Source of the DNA: an uncultured Acidobacteriota bacterium
GTDB lineage: Bacteria; Acidobacteriota; Thermoanaerobaculia; Multivoradales; UBA5704
Length of the DNA: 64,000 bases
Assembly: GCA_963770895.1 (NCBI GenBank)
Contig: CAVYRF010000002.1
Location: 2,080,001 to 2,144,000, forward strand
Direction: 5' to 3'
The first letter of the stretch is position 1, and the number at the start of each line of letters is the position of its first letter. Below the pieces are notes generated by a model. That model was not told the origin of the DNA. It saw nothing but the letters and a program-made list of their open reading frames with translations, and searched no databases. Shown one piece after another: positions 26,489 through 36,767 of the stretch. The position numbers were made by a program, and so were the translations under genes.

Positions 26489-27607
26489 TCAGCTGGGCGC
26501 GCGGGGTGCCCGGAGGTGGGGTAGCGCGTGTCCCACCGACAGGCGATCGCTCAGCCGGTAGGCGTGGTGCGCGGTGACGATGGCGGCCGGATCCTTGAGG
26601 CGCGAGCGCAGGGTGTGGATGTGGCGGGCGGCGGCGTTGGTCACCTCGGCCCGGCCGGCGCCGGGCGGCGCCACCCGCGCCCCGACGTCCAGCACGTCCA
26701 GGCCGGGGCCGCCCGCCAGGCGGTCCGCGACCAGGGCGCTCCAGGTGAGCGTTTCGTGGTTGCCCGCCCGCAGCGCCACGCGTCGGCGCGGCGCCTCGCG
26801 CTCCGCCAGGCCGCTGCCGCCCAGCTCGACCAGGCCGTCGCCCTGGTCCCAGATCAGCAGGTCCAGCTCTGCCTCGACCTCGCCGCGCTCGCCGTCGCAG
26901 CGCGCCACCCGCAGCTCGCCCGCGTCGCGTCCGGGCGCTGCCAGGCGCAGGACCAGCGGAAAGGCGCGATCCAGGAAGCTGGTGAGCAGCGGCACCGCCG
27001 CGCGCACGATCTCCGCCTTGTCGATCACCTCGCGCGGATCGAAGCCGGCGTCCAGCAGATCGCGGCCAAAGGTGGCTTCATAGCCGCGCTTGTTGGAGAC
27101 AAAACGGCAGGTGGGCAGCCGCTCGGCGAACATGCCGCGCACCGTGCTGGCAAGGTAGATCGATTCCCACCAGCGGTCGGCCGGAATGAAGGACAGCGTT
27201 GCCAGCTGGATGTCCTGCAAAAGCAGGCCGCCCGGCCGCAGGGCCGCGGCCACCACCTGGCAGAGGCGGTGGGCGCTGGCGAACGCGGCTGCCGGCAGCG
27301 GCCGCACGCGGGGGCCGGCGCCCGCGCCTGCTCCGTCTCCGGCGTCGCGCGCCGGCGCGTCGTCACGCTCCTTGTCCTGGCCGTCGTCGAGCGCCGCGAC
27401 CACCTGCAGGCCGGGGCAGGCCGCCAGCCACTCCGCCACGGTGCGGCGGGTGTCGGGGCCGGGGCGATCCAGGCAGACGACGGTCAGCTGGGCGTAGATG
27501 TCGGGGGTGCCGCCCAGCCGCTCCAGCAATTCCGTCATGTGGTACAAATGATCTTCCATCACCACGAGCGGTCGCCGCGCAAACCCTGCCTCCAGGACCC
27601 AGGCCAT
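26489..27607 (-). CDS. Atypical response-regulator-like protein (degenerate receiver plus OmpR-type wHTH)
   Basis: VVMEDH and VVCLD receiver-like strands; C-terminal RHIHTLRSRL..IVT..AYRL resembles Trans_reg_C. Confidence 0.5.
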   Translation of the reverse strand: MAWVLEAGFARRPLVVMEDHLYHMTELLERLGGTPDIYAQLTVVCLDRPGPDTRRTVAEWLAACPGLQVVAALDDGQDKERDDAPARDAGDGAGAGAGPRVRPLPAAAFASAHRLCQVVAAALRPGGLLLQDIQLATLSFIPADRWWESIYLASTVRGMFAERLPTCRFVSNKRGYEATFGRDLLDAGFDPREVIDKAEIVRAAVPLLTSFLDRAFPLVLRLAAPGRDAGELRVARCDGERGEVEAELDLLIWDQGDGLVELGGSGLAEREAPRRRVALRAGNHETLTWSALVADRLAGGPGLDVLDVGARVAPPGAGRAEVTNAAARHIHTLRSRLKDPAAIVTAHHAYRLSDRLSVGHALPHLRAPRAPS

Positions 27608-30206
27608 GGGACGATCTTACCGGCTGTCCGGCCCGCCCGCCGACGATCCGGCGCCGCGGCGCCACCCTCGCGAACCCCGCGGGCATCGCGGCGGCGGCCG
27701 CCCCGCGCCCAGGTTGCTGTACCTGGGCATCGTCCTGGTCGTGGCGGTGGCCGCCGTGGCGGTGCTGTCGGTGCGCCGTGAATGGCTGCGGCAGATCGGC
27801 CAGAGCCGCGGCCAGGCGATCTTCGAGCTGGTCCAGGACACGGTGCCCAGCCGGCCGACCGCAACCCCCGGCGTCGTCGCCTGGCTGCACGTCGAGCTCA
27901 AGCGCTACAGCAGCCATCTTGCCGATCCGGCCAAGGCGCGGCTGTACAGCGACGTGACCGACTGGCACGACGATCAGAGCCTGCCGGCGTTTCTGGGCGG
28001 CCTGCGCGCGGCGCTCCTGCTGCCGCCGCCGCGGCCGGCAGCGGCCGACGTGCCGCGGCCGCTCACCGGCGCCGAGCTGGCGGCGCCGGGGACAGGAGCA
28101 GCGGCGGACGGCGCCGCCATGCGGGTGCAGCGCTGGGTCGCGCTGCGCGACCGCTGGTTCGCGGTGACGCGCCGCCGCACGCTGGACGCGGCCGATCCCG
28201 GCGACCTGTCGCTCCCGTCCAACCGCTTTCTGCTGTTCGCCACCCACCATCTGCTGGCGGTAGCCGGCGCCCTGCGCGAGACGCTGGCGCGGCGGCCGCT
28301 GCCGGCGGTCCCCGGCGACCGACCGCCGCGGCTGGTGCGGATCTACGCCGTGTCCGAAGACGGCACCCTGGTGTCGGCGCCGCTGGCGGGCGATCCGGCG
28401 GACGCCGCGGCGCGGCGGGGTGCGGCGCTGGCGGAAGGGCGCGAGTTCCGCAAGCTGCCCGAGCTGCCCAACTTCGTGCCCAACGAATTTGTCTTTCGCT
28501 TCGACCCCGCCGCGGCGCGGCCGCAGGTCTACTACTCCGGCCTCTACCCCGACCTGGGCGGCCAGGGGATCGTGGCGACGTTGATGGTGCCGGTGCGCGA
28601 CGCCGCCACCGGCTACCAGGCGGTGGTCGCCCTGGACCTGGCCTTCGACATCGACTGGCAGGACCTTGCCGCCCACATCGAGCCGCCGATGAGCGCCGAG
28701 GTGGTGCGGCTGGGCGAGCCGGCGGGCGCCGCCTGGCAGCCGTGGAGCGCCATGGCGGCGCGCGGACCCGCCGGTGCCGCCGCCGACCTGCGCGCCGCCG
28801 TCGCCGCCCTGGCCGCCGCCGAGGCCCGCACCGGCCGGCCGATCAATCCGTTCTACCTGTACCACGGCACCGTCGAGGGGCGCGGCGCGGTGGCGGCGCT
28901 GCAGGTCACCGCCACCACCTGGCTGGTGACGCTCTTTCCCGCCACGCGCTCCGGCTTCGCGCTGCTGCCCGCGGCGCTGCTCGCCGTGCTGGTGGTGCTG
29001 CTGCTGGCCGCCTTCGACGCCAGCCGGCGGCGCACCGAACGCGCGCAGCACGAAGCCGAGCGCGCCCTGCAGGAGAAGCAGAACCTGCTCAACACCATGC
29101 AGGTGCCGCTGATGGTGGTCGATCCCAACACCGACGAGGTGATCTACGGCAACCAGGCCGCCGCCAACCTGGGCCTGACCAGCGGCACCCGCGCCGGCGA
29201 CCTGGTCAGCGACGACCCGCGGGCGCGCGACCACTACGCCCGCATGCAGTCCGCCGAACGGGGATCGCGCCGCGCCTACGGCGTGCCGCTCACCGTGCGC
29301 GGGCCGGCGGGCGTCGCCGAAACCCGCTACGCCATCGTGCGCTCCGTCGCGGTCACCGCCCCGATCGAGGCGCTGCACGCCGACGAGCGCCACCGCCTGG
29401 GCGTGCTGTTCCTGCTCGAGCCCGAAGCCGACCTGGCGCTCTACAGCGGCAACCTCGAAGCGAGCACGCGGGCCGACGAACGCCGGCGCCTGGCCGGCCT
29501 GCTCGCCCACGGCGTCGACACCCTGGCGCGCGTCCTGGCCCACTGCCTGGCCGCCGAGACGTCCCCGGACGGCTCCCAGGCGGCTTTCAACCGCTGGCTC
29601 GCCGCCTACCTGGAACGCCGCGTGCTGGCCACCTCCTGGCTGCTGGAGCATTGGGACGCCGAGCCGCCCCTGCCGCCCGACTGCTCCATCGAAGCTGCCC
29701 AGGCGCGCGCCACGATCGACAGCTTTCGCGCCATCTTCGCGCGCGTCCGCGCCGACCCGCGCCTGCGCTCGCGCCTGCATTGGGACAACGGCGTGCTCGC
29801 CAGCGCGCCGCCCGGCGCCGCCGAGGAGCTGCGAGTGCAGATCGACTGGCCCGATGCCTACTGGTTCGCCGCCCCGGTGCGCGGCGGCTTCGGCTTCTTC
29901 CTGGGCGAGGTGCTGATCAACGCCATCCGTCACGGCCGCCCTGGCAGCGTCCCGTACCTTTCCATCCAGCTGGACCCCGTGCGGCGCGAGCTTCACTTTG
30001 CCCTGGACAACGACCTGCCGGCCGCCGCCGCCGGCGCCCACACCGCCGAACGCCGCGGCGAAACCTACGGCGGCCGCCGCCTGCTGGAGCGCCTGGCCCA
30101 CCTCTGCGACTGGCAGGACCTCCGCTTTGAGCGCCACGCCGCTCACTTTCACGTCGCATGGCGCATTCCGGTCAGCGAACGCGGCGACCCGCGCGCCGCC
30201 GACTGA
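27606..30206 (+). CDS. Atypical membrane sensor histidine kinase-like protein
   Basis: TM, large extracellular region (YYSGLYPDLGG, Cache-like), TM, PAS-like (LNTMQVPLMVVD), ERRRLAGLLAH, EVLINAIRHG N-box; start uncertain. Confidence 0.6.
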   Translation: MGRSYRLSGPPADDPAPRRHPREPRGHRGGGRPAPRLLYLGIVLVVAVAAVAVLSVRREWLRQIGQSRGQAIFELVQDTVPSRPTATPGVVAWLHVELKRYSSHLADPAKARLYSDVTDWHDDQSLPAFLGGLRAALLLPPPRPAAADVPRPLTGAELAAPGTGAAADGAAMRVQRWVALRDRWFAVTRRRTLDAADPGDLSLPSNRFLLFATHHLLAVAGALRETLARRPLPAVPGDRPPRLVRIYAVSEDGTLVSAPLAGDPADAAARRGAALAEGREFRKLPELPNFVPNEFVFRFDPAAARPQVYYSGLYPDLGGQGIVATLMVPVRDAATGYQAVVALDLAFDIDWQDLAAHIEPPMSAEVVRLGEPAGAAWQPWSAMAARGPAGAAADLRAAVAALAAAEARTGRPINPFYLYHGTVEGRGAVAALQVTATTWLVTLFPATRSGFALLPAALLAVLVVLLLAAFDASRRRTERAQHEAERALQEKQNLLNTMQVPLMVVDPNTDEVIYGNQAAANLGLTSGTRAGDLVSDDPRARDHYARMQSAERGSRRAYGVPLTVRGPAGVAETRYAIVRSVAVTAPIEALHADERHRLGVLFLLEPEADLALYSGNLEASTRADERRRLAGLLAHGVDTLARVLAHCLAAETSPDGSQAAFNRWLAAYLERRVLATSWLLEHWDAEPPLPPDCSIEAAQARATIDSFRAIFARVRADPRLRSRLHWDNGVLASAPPGAAEELRVQIDWPDAYWFAAPVRGGFGFFLGEVLINAIRHGRPGSVPYLSIQLDPVRRELHFALDNDLPAAAAGAHTAERRGETYGGRRLLERLAHLCDWQDLRFERHAAHFHVAWRIPVSERGDPRAAD

Positions 30207-30222
30207 TCCCCGGCGCCGCCGG

Positions 30223-30834
30223 TCAGGCGAGAGTCAGCGCCTGGAGCTTGGCGAGCGGCCCGTTCAGCAGGTCCAGGTCGACGGACCCGGTGATGCCGGA
30301 AACGACGCCGCTCTCCGATTGCTGCCAGATCAGCCAGCTGTCCCATCCCTGGGGCAGGGTGGGTTGGGCGACATCGTAGTCGGCGATCCACAACGGATAG
30401 GCGGCAAGGCTCGCGGGGATCTGGTTGGCGTCGGCGAAGACCGGATCGACGTACAGGAAGGGCGGCGCGCCGATGGCCGCCGCGACCGCTTGCAGCCAGG
30501 TTTCGACGCTCTCCCACAGAGCGGAGCAGCTGCTGCCGGGCATTTCGACGTCGAGGGTGGGCGGCAGGTCGCCGGCCGCCGGCTGCACGGTCTGCAGGAA
30601 GAATTCCGCCTGTGCGGTGGGGTCGTCGGCGGGTTCGAAGAAGTGGTACGCGCCGCGCAGCAGTCCCGCGGCCTTCATCGCCGGCCAGTTGGTGGCAAAT
30701 TGGGGGTCGGTCCAGGTGAGGCCGTCGGTCGCCTTGGCAAAGGCGAACGCGATGTCGGCCTGGTAGACCTCCGGCCAGCTCACCGTCCCCTGGTAGTGGC
30801 TGACGTCGATACCCTGGGCGTTGCCGTTGGACAT
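30223..30834 (-). CDS. GH25 muramidase (lysozyme)
   Basis: GIDVSHYQG, AKATDG, GAYHF, PPTLDVE, LWIADY, WQ, VDLD; GAGGAG RBS. Confidence 0.93.
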   Translation of the reverse strand: MSNGNAQGIDVSHYQGTVSWPEVYQADIAFAFAKATDGLTWTDPQFATNWPAMKAAGLLRGAYHFFEPADDPTAQAEFFLQTVQPAAGDLPPTLDVEMPGSSCSALWESVETWLQAVAAAIGAPPFLYVDPVFADANQIPASLAAYPLWIADYDVAQPTLPQGWDSWLIWQQSESGVVSGITGSVDLDLLNGPLAKLQALTLA

Positions 30835-30948
30835 CTCGCTCCTCTCTGCGGGGTCCGCGGGATCCCCGACACTTTCAGATGGTACGTCAATGATATCCCG
30901 CCGCCCGGCAGCGGCGCCCAGGCCGGGGGGGCTGGTGGGCTGGTTGGC

Positions 30949-32940
30949 TCAGAAGCGGGGTGAGAGGGTGATCAGCTTGAGCGCGAAGGCGAGCCAGGTG
31001 AGGTCCAGGAAGGCCAGGGCGAGGGCCAGCGAGGATGCCTTGGCCCACCAGCCGCGCGTGCCGTGGCGCCAGACTTCGACCAGGTCGAGCAGGGCGAGGG
31101 CGGCGCCGCCAGGGCCGGCTGCCAGGGCCAGGGCCTGCACCAGCCGCAGGCGGGGGTCGGCGGTGGCGTTGAGCAGCGAGCCGTCGGTTGCCAGCGCGCC
31201 CAGGAAGGCAATCCAGCCGGCGACCGCCGCCACGGCGACGACGGCTGCGACGCGCACCAGGCGGTGACGCCGCGCCGCCCGGCCCGCCAGCGGAAACGGC
31301 GCGCGGTAGTGCCGGCGCACCGCCGCAGCGATCGGCCACTGCGCTGCCGCCAGCGCCAGGACGGCGATCGAGCAGAGCAGGACGGTCATCTGGAAGGGCG
31401 CGTAGATCCCTGTCGCACGTTGATATTCGAAGATCGCCGGCGCGTCGTCGTTGAGCGCCGTCACCCGGTTGTGATCCATCTTGGCCATCAGCCGGGCGGT
31501 GCCGCCGACCTCTTGCCAGAGCAGGGGGCCGATCTCGCGCCAGCGCTTGACGGCCCCGCCGGCGGTGGTGAATTGATCGATCTGCAGGATGCCGCCGGCG
31601 CCGGCCCGCACGTGGATCTCCCCCAGCGCCGCGACCAGGCTGAGAAAGCTCGACTCGCCCCGCCGGGTGGACACGTAGGCGCCAGCCACCAGGGCGGCGT
31701 CGCGCTCGGCGCGGGCGGCTGGCAGCGCCGCCGGCTGGGGCGCCGCGGGCGCCGGGAAGTATCGGTCGGTGAACCGCTCAAACAGCAGGTGGCGCACCGT
31801 GCCGGCAGCGCCGTCGCGGCCGGTGCTGTTCATGGCGACGTACAGGCCCGCTCCTTCGCTCAGGAAGAGATGCAGGTCGGCATGGAACAGCGCCGTGTCG
31901 CCGCTGTGGCCGACGATCGCGCGCCCGTTGCGGTCCGCGCGATAAAACCCCAGGGCCATGCCCGGAAACGGCGCGTAGGGTTGGAAGGCGGTGGCATGCA
32001 TCAGCCTGGCGGTCGCGGGCCGCAGGATCTGCGCCTGACCGAAGCGGCCGTCCTGCAGGTGCGCGATCATGAATCGCGCCATGTCCGCACCGGTCGAGGA
32101 CAGCGAGCCCGCCGGCGCAAAACCCGTTCTTTCGAAACCGCCCGGAGCGCCGGAGCCGGTCAGGTATCCCCTGGACAGGTCCGCCAGCAGCGCCGGGGGC
32201 GGCGGCTGAGCGAACGTCGAGCGGGTCATGCCCAGCGGTAGCAGGATGTGGCGCGCGATATAGCTATCGAAGGGTTCGCCCGCGACGCGCTGGACGATGT
32301 AGCCGGCCAGCGTCGCGCCGTAGTTGGAGTAGGCGGCGACCGTGCCCGGCGCAAAGATGCGCTCCGGCACTTCGGCCTTGACCACCTGCCCCAGGGTGGG
32401 CGTGGGCGCCGCGTCCGGCACCGAGAGCCCTTTGAAAATGTTTTCGAAGCCGGCGGTGTGGGTCAACAGCTGGCGCAGCGTGACCGGCCGGCCGTCGCGC
32501 GGCGGGATGCGGAAGTCCAGATAGGCGTTCACGTCCCGGTCCAGGTCCAGCCTGCCCCGTTCGGCCAGCTGCAACACCGCCGTCCAGGTGAACAGCTTCG
32601 AGATCGACCCTTGGCGAAAGAGGGTCCGCTGCGCATCGACCGGTCTGGCGGCCGCGACGTCGGCGAAGCCGTAGCCGCGCTGCGCCAGCACCTGGCCGTC
32701 CTTGACCACCACGACGACCGCGCCGGCGATATCGCCGGTCTCGATCGCGTAGGGCACGAGCCCGTCCAACCAGGCGTTCAGATCCGCGGCGTCGAGCGCG
32801 TGCGGCGCCGGCGCCTGCGCCGCCGCCGGTGCGGCCGCCAGCAGCGCCAAAGCCACCAGCCACGCGGCGCGACGTCCCGGACACGGCCGGCGATGGCCGC
32901 TCCGTCTGTCTGCCGGCGCGGTCGCCGCCGCCCGCCTCAT
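30949..32940 (-). CDS. Beta-lactamase-family (class C-like) serine hydrolase with signal peptide and C-terminal TM anchors
   Basis: SISK (SxxK), LLTHTAG, YSN (YxN), HSG triad; three C-terminal TM helices. Confidence 0.9.
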   Translation of the reverse strand: MRRAAATAPADRRSGHRRPCPGRRAAWLVALALLAAAPAAAQAPAPHALDAADLNAWLDGLVPYAIETGDIAGAVVVVVKDGQVLAQRGYGFADVAAARPVDAQRTLFRQGSISKLFTWTAVLQLAERGRLDLDRDVNAYLDFRIPPRDGRPVTLRQLLTHTAGFENIFKGLSVPDAAPTPTLGQVVKAEVPERIFAPGTVAAYSNYGATLAGYIVQRVAGEPFDSYIARHILLPLGMTRSTFAQPPPPALLADLSRGYLTGSGAPGGFERTGFAPAGSLSSTGADMARFMIAHLQDGRFGQAQILRPATARLMHATAFQPYAPFPGMALGFYRADRNGRAIVGHSGDTALFHADLHLFLSEGAGLYVAMNSTGRDGAAGTVRHLLFERFTDRYFPAPAAPQPAALPAARAERDAALVAGAYVSTRRGESSFLSLVAALGEIHVRAGAGGILQIDQFTTAGGAVKRWREIGPLLWQEVGGTARLMAKMDHNRVTALNDDAPAIFEYQRATGIYAPFQMTVLLCSIAVLALAAAQWPIAAAVRRHYRAPFPLAGRAARRHRLVRVAAVVAVAAVAGWIAFLGALATDGSLLNATADPRLRLVQALALAAGPGGAALALLDLVEVWRHGTRGWWAKASSLALALAFLDLTWLAFALKLITLSPRF

Positions 32941-33491
32941 GGGGCGTTCTTTGGCATCGTCGAAAGCAGCGCCACCAGGGCCTGGGCGATCTGCGGGAAC
33001 CGCCGGCGCGAGGCGGGCAAGCGCTGGCCGCGGGCGACGAAGCCGAGCCAGGTGAGGTAGAGCACTTCGCCGCGCATCGGGTCGCCGGTCAGGCGCGCCA
33101 GCACTTCAAGCCGCTCCTGCTCGGCGCGATTGACCCGGCGCGCCACCGGCGGCGACGTCGATGCCCAGGCGAAGATCGCCGCGTCCGAGGGGACGTCACC
33201 GGTTTCGCTTTGCGCCGCGTGGGTGACCACCACCTGCAGCAGCCTGGCCAGCGCGTCGGCGCCCGCGGCGCCCTCCATCTCGGCAAGGATCTGCTGCAGC
33301 TCGTCTTCCCATTCGCGCAGCAGGGCGTCGAGCAGCTCGCCGCGGTCCTTGAAGTGCCAGTAAAAGCTCCCCTTGGTCACGCGCAGCACGCTTGCCAGGC
33401 GCGTCACGCGCACCGCGTCCACCCCGCCCTTGAGCAGGGCGCGGCGTGCGGCGCGCAGCCAGTCGGCCTTACTCAGGCTGCGTTCGGTCAC
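32937..33491 (-). CDS. TetR-family transcriptional regulator
   Basis: LASVLRVTKGSFYWHF HTH; 4-nt overlap with the hydrolase start. Confidence 0.92.
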   Translation of the reverse strand: MTERSLSKADWLRAARRALLKGGVDAVRVTRLASVLRVTKGSFYWHFKDRGELLDALLREWEDELQQILAEMEGAAGADALARLLQVVVTHAAQSETGDVPSDAAIFAWASTSPPVARRVNRAEQERLEVLARLTGDPMRGEVLYLTWLGFVARGQRLPASRRRFPQIAQALVALLSTMPKNAP

Positions 33492-33515
33492 GTCCGTACC
33501 AGGGAGTATTGATGT

Positions 33516-33533
33516 CCATACCCAAGGGTATGG
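33516..33533. promoter_or_regulatory. Palindromic operator, likely the TetR autoregulatory site
   Basis: Perfect CCATACCC-AA-GGGTATGG inverted repeat about 25 nt upstream of the tetR start. Confidence 0.7.
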
Positions 33534-33742
33534 TAAAGAGAAAGGCAGCCAGGGTCAATCCGCGCCCGCCGGCTGGGGTGTCCTCACTCGTCGTTGGTGT
33601 TGGCCGGGCCTCGTCAGGCCAGCCCTCCCGCGAGGAGGACTGCGCGCCGCTGCTGCGTGGCGTTGTTCCACTCCTGCAGTGATCCGCCGACGCGGGCCGC
33701 CGGCCTCAACCGTTCAGTCTGTGGAGAGCGGAACTGGCAGGC

Positions 33743-34807
33743 CTACGGTTTGTCTTCCACTTCGTTCTCGCTGGCGGCAGCAGGCGGCCGTTTCGACGAC
33801 CGCCGAGTTAGCCAGTAAGTAAGAATCTGAAGAGCTAGAACCAGGATTACAAGCGGCGCCAACGCGCCCCAGCCATAGTGAACTCCAGCAGCGACTCCGC
33901 CGAGCACAAGCAGGAGTTCCATAATGGTGAAGGCGGCCCACTGCCAAATAACCGATAGCTTGCGGTAACGTGCATAGACCCAGCCAGCGATGGTTGGTAT
34001 AGCCAATACCAGCTCCCACCAAAGATGATCTCGAAACCAGGCCCAAAAGTCTTCGGGAATGGGGCTTCTAACGGGTCTATTCGACTTGGATTGGAGCGCC
34101 CAAGCCAGAGCAGGGTGATCTTCGGCAGGTTGTTCGACCTGAAAGTAGATGGCGTCTATCTTCGAGAGTTCATCCTTGACGTCCGCCTCTGTCCGTGCGC
34201 CACCCGCCAGTGTGACGTCGGCTATGGCGGCTGCCTTCAGATAGTGAGTGCGGTTGACATCCCATGAGGGTGCCTTGGCTATCCAGTCGTAGAGCGCTGC
34301 CGCCCCTTTCTTATCGTGTTGGTAATCGTCGGTTATTGCTCGCATTAAGTCCAGGGCCTTGTCGAACTCGTTGATGGCTGCCATGGCATATTCGGATTGC
34401 TGCGTGTTCGTTTGTGGCTTCGCGCCATATGTATCGGCCGCCATCAAGAATGCCCAGCCTCCATACTCGTACTTGAGTATCAGCTTGGACTTCTCAAGCT
34501 GGGTGTCATCGATTCTGCCCATCGAATTGGCAAGATTGATTGCGTTATTCCGAACGTCCGATTCCCAGCCGGGAGTGGCCACTTTCTTGTCACGCTCATG
34601 TTCAACATTGCCTCGCAACACCAGCACTTCACTCTTGTATTTGGTTACCAGCTCATTGGCGTTTTGGTCGGCACCGTAAAGCAGCGTCGCGACACACACG
34701 ATGGACGCTGCCGCGCAGATCACCCTCCCCGCCGCCGAGGCAAGGCTCCGCCATCCCGCAATGCGTGCGTTGATTTTCGCCTGAACAGGCGCGCGACGTC
34801 CTCTCAT
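33743..34807 (-). CDS. Hypothetical exported helical protein with C-terminal TM helices (lower-GC islet)
   Basis: 354-aa ORF; signal-like N-terminus, helical/TPR-like middle, 3 hydrophobic C-terminal segments; many A/T-ending codons. Confidence 0.6.
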   Translation of the reverse strand: MRGRRAPVQAKINARIAGWRSLASAAGRVICAAASIVCVATLLYGADQNANELVTKYKSEVLVLRGNVEHERDKKVATPGWESDVRNNAINLANSMGRIDDTQLEKSKLILKYEYGGWAFLMAADTYGAKPQTNTQQSEYAMAAINEFDKALDLMRAITDDYQHDKKGAAALYDWIAKAPSWDVNRTHYLKAAAIADVTLAGGARTEADVKDELSKIDAIYFQVEQPAEDHPALAWALQSKSNRPVRSPIPEDFWAWFRDHLWWELVLAIPTIAGWVYARYRKLSVIWQWAAFTIMELLLVLGGVAAGVHYGWGALAPLVILVLALQILTYWLTRRSSKRPPAAASENEVEDKP

Positions 34808-35021
34808 GCGGAGTAGAGCTTCCTTCGATGCCCGTGGCTATTGCGAAAGGACGGTGGGAGAAAATGCATCAGATTTGTATCGACGGCAAAGCTGCACACT
34901 CTCGGCCCTAGATAAATCGATTGCCCGAGGTGCGGCTTGGAGGCAAGAGCTGAACCTCTAGTCCACATCATGGCCTAGAGGGCACAACCCCGAGGTTCCA
35001 ATTGCCGATGTGCTGGTGCTC

Positions 35022-35195
35022 TTATTGATTGCCCGACGGCCCGTTGGTCCCGCCGTTCGGATAGATGGTCACGTGTTGCTGAGGTGACCTGACGTGACTT
35101 TGTGCTCTGTCGCTTGCTGCACCACGAGAGGCAAAAAAGAGCGCTGCTGCCATACCAAACAGACCTAGAAAAGCCACCTTCAGGCCATAGGACAT
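35022..35195 (-). CDS. Small secreted peptide (57 aa)
   Basis: GGAGGGG RBS; signal-like MSYGLKVAFLGLFGMAAALFFASRGAA followed by a ~30-aa polar tail. Confidence 0.5.
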   Translation of the reverse strand: MSYGLKVAFLGLFGMAAALFFASRGAASDRAQSHVRSPQQHVTIYPNGGTNGPSGNQ

Positions 35196-35933
35196 CTCGC
35201 TTTCCCCTCCAATTGGGTTCAAAGTTCCGCTAACATACCTCCTGTCGGAGGATAGTGTCAACAAGAGCCCTTAAATGCTCATGGCAATTCTGCAATGTGG
35301 TGAATTGCAAGATGGACCTGCCCTGGACGTTCGCGCAGACGTTCAGCGGGGATTCAAGGTGGCGGCAGGCTGAGCGCGTCAGCAGCGAGCTCCTCGAGCA
35401 GAGCTCCTAAGCGACCAAGAACCATCACGTGCCCGCAGCGGATTGCAGCGACGACAGGTACGCGGTGCAGGTTTGCCTTCGTGCACACACACCAACGCTT
35501 GGATAGCTAGAGTTTGGCTGTACCTGGCAGCCCTGCTCGGTCTGTGGATATCTTGGCGAAGGGTTCCGCCTACCCCTAGCCCCCGAGGGTCACCCTATTT
35601 GTCCGATGGGCCATCACTGCCGCCATTGGGGTAGATGGTGTGCTGTACCCCAGGCGCATTAAGAGGCTGAGCGTGAAGTGCTGCACGAGAGACGATAGCG
35701 AAAGTTGCGGCGGCGGCCAGGAGGCAGAACACCGCAAGCTTGAGTATTTTCGTCATTTCATATATCCCTATGGTTAGATTTCGCGCATTGGGTGATGCTA
35801 CTGGCTGGGCTGCCCCCTTGTCAAGACATCTCCTTAACGTAGGTGCGTGCCGGAGTCGAGATGTGCCTCGCCGGCTGGTGCGGGTCCTGCGTGCCCGGCT
35901 CGGCGGGCGGCGCCCGGCCCTGCCGGCGGGGCG

Positions 35934-36767
35934 CTACGCGGGCGGCGTGATCGCCGCGCTTTGCGGGGCCGGGCGGGCCAAGCCCCAGGGGCAGTGCTGG
36001 AGCGATCCGGCGACGGCCCAGGCGGCTCCGGTGAGCGCCGCGGAAACAAAGAATGCCGTCCACGGCAAACGCGTTGCTGGTGCGTCGGCGATGCTCGGCA
36101 CCCAGACCAGGAGGGTGAACAGGCTGAGCATCACCGCTTCGGCGGCGGCCGCCAGGCGCGGCAGCACCGCGACCAGGATGGCCAGGCCGGCGGCAACATG
36201 GCCCGCGCCGGTCAGCCAGGCGAAGCCCTCGTGCCAGGGCAGCCACGCGGGAACCATCGCCGCCGTGCCATTGAGATAGACGAAGTGGGACAGCCCGACC
36301 AGCGGCAGCGCGGCCGCGTACAGCAGGCGCGGCAGGCGCATCGCGCGGCCACCGGTCGCCAGCGCGCCGAGGCCGGCGCCGGACCTGACGTCCCCTCCGT
36401 CGCCGGTGGGGAGGGAGGCAAACAGGATCCAGCCGCCGGTCACCAGCATGAGGGTTTCGCCGAATCCCAGCCACAGGCTGGCACTGCCCGGCTTTGCCAG
36501 CAGGGGAGGGAGCCGGAGCAGCAGCAGCCACAGCACCAGGTTCCCGGTCAGGGCGAGCGTCGCCCACCGGGCCGCGCGCGGCATCAGCATTCCCAGGCCG
36601 CAGGTGAGCAGCAGGGTCCCCGAGGCATGGGCCAGCGGCGCCCGCCAGGGTACCCACTCCGGGACGGGCTGCCATACCAGGGCAAAGTCGCCGGACAGCA
36701 GGCTCAGCAAACCGATCGCCGCAAAGCTCACCGCAAACACCACGCGTCCCAGCCGCATCGAGTCCAT
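35934..36767 (-). CDS. DoxX-like membrane protein (two repeated halves)
   Basis: AAGGAGG RBS; WQPVPEWVPW and MVPAWLPW repeated motifs; about 8 TM. Confidence 0.75.
   Translation of the reverse strand: MDSMRLGRVVFAVSFAAIGLLSLLSGDFALVWQPVPEWVPWRAPLAHASGTLLLTCGLGMLMPRAARWATLALTGNLVLWLLLLRLPPLLAKPGSASLWLGFGETLMLVTGGWILFASLPTGDGGDVRSGAGLGALATGGRAMRLPRLLYAAALPLVGLSHFVYLNGTAAMVPAWLPWHEGFAWLTGAGHVAAGLAILVAVLPRLAAAAEAVMLSLFTLLVWVPSIADAPATRLPWTAFFVSAALTGAAWAVAGSLQHCPWGLARPAPQSAAITPPA

Noticed and set aside
30223-30834. GH25 as a prophage endolysin
   Set aside because: No holin, structural or integrase genes nearby
35250-35835. TGTCAA motifs near the islet edge as IS ends
   Set aside because: Both are in the same orientation, with no matching inverted repeat, target duplication or transposase
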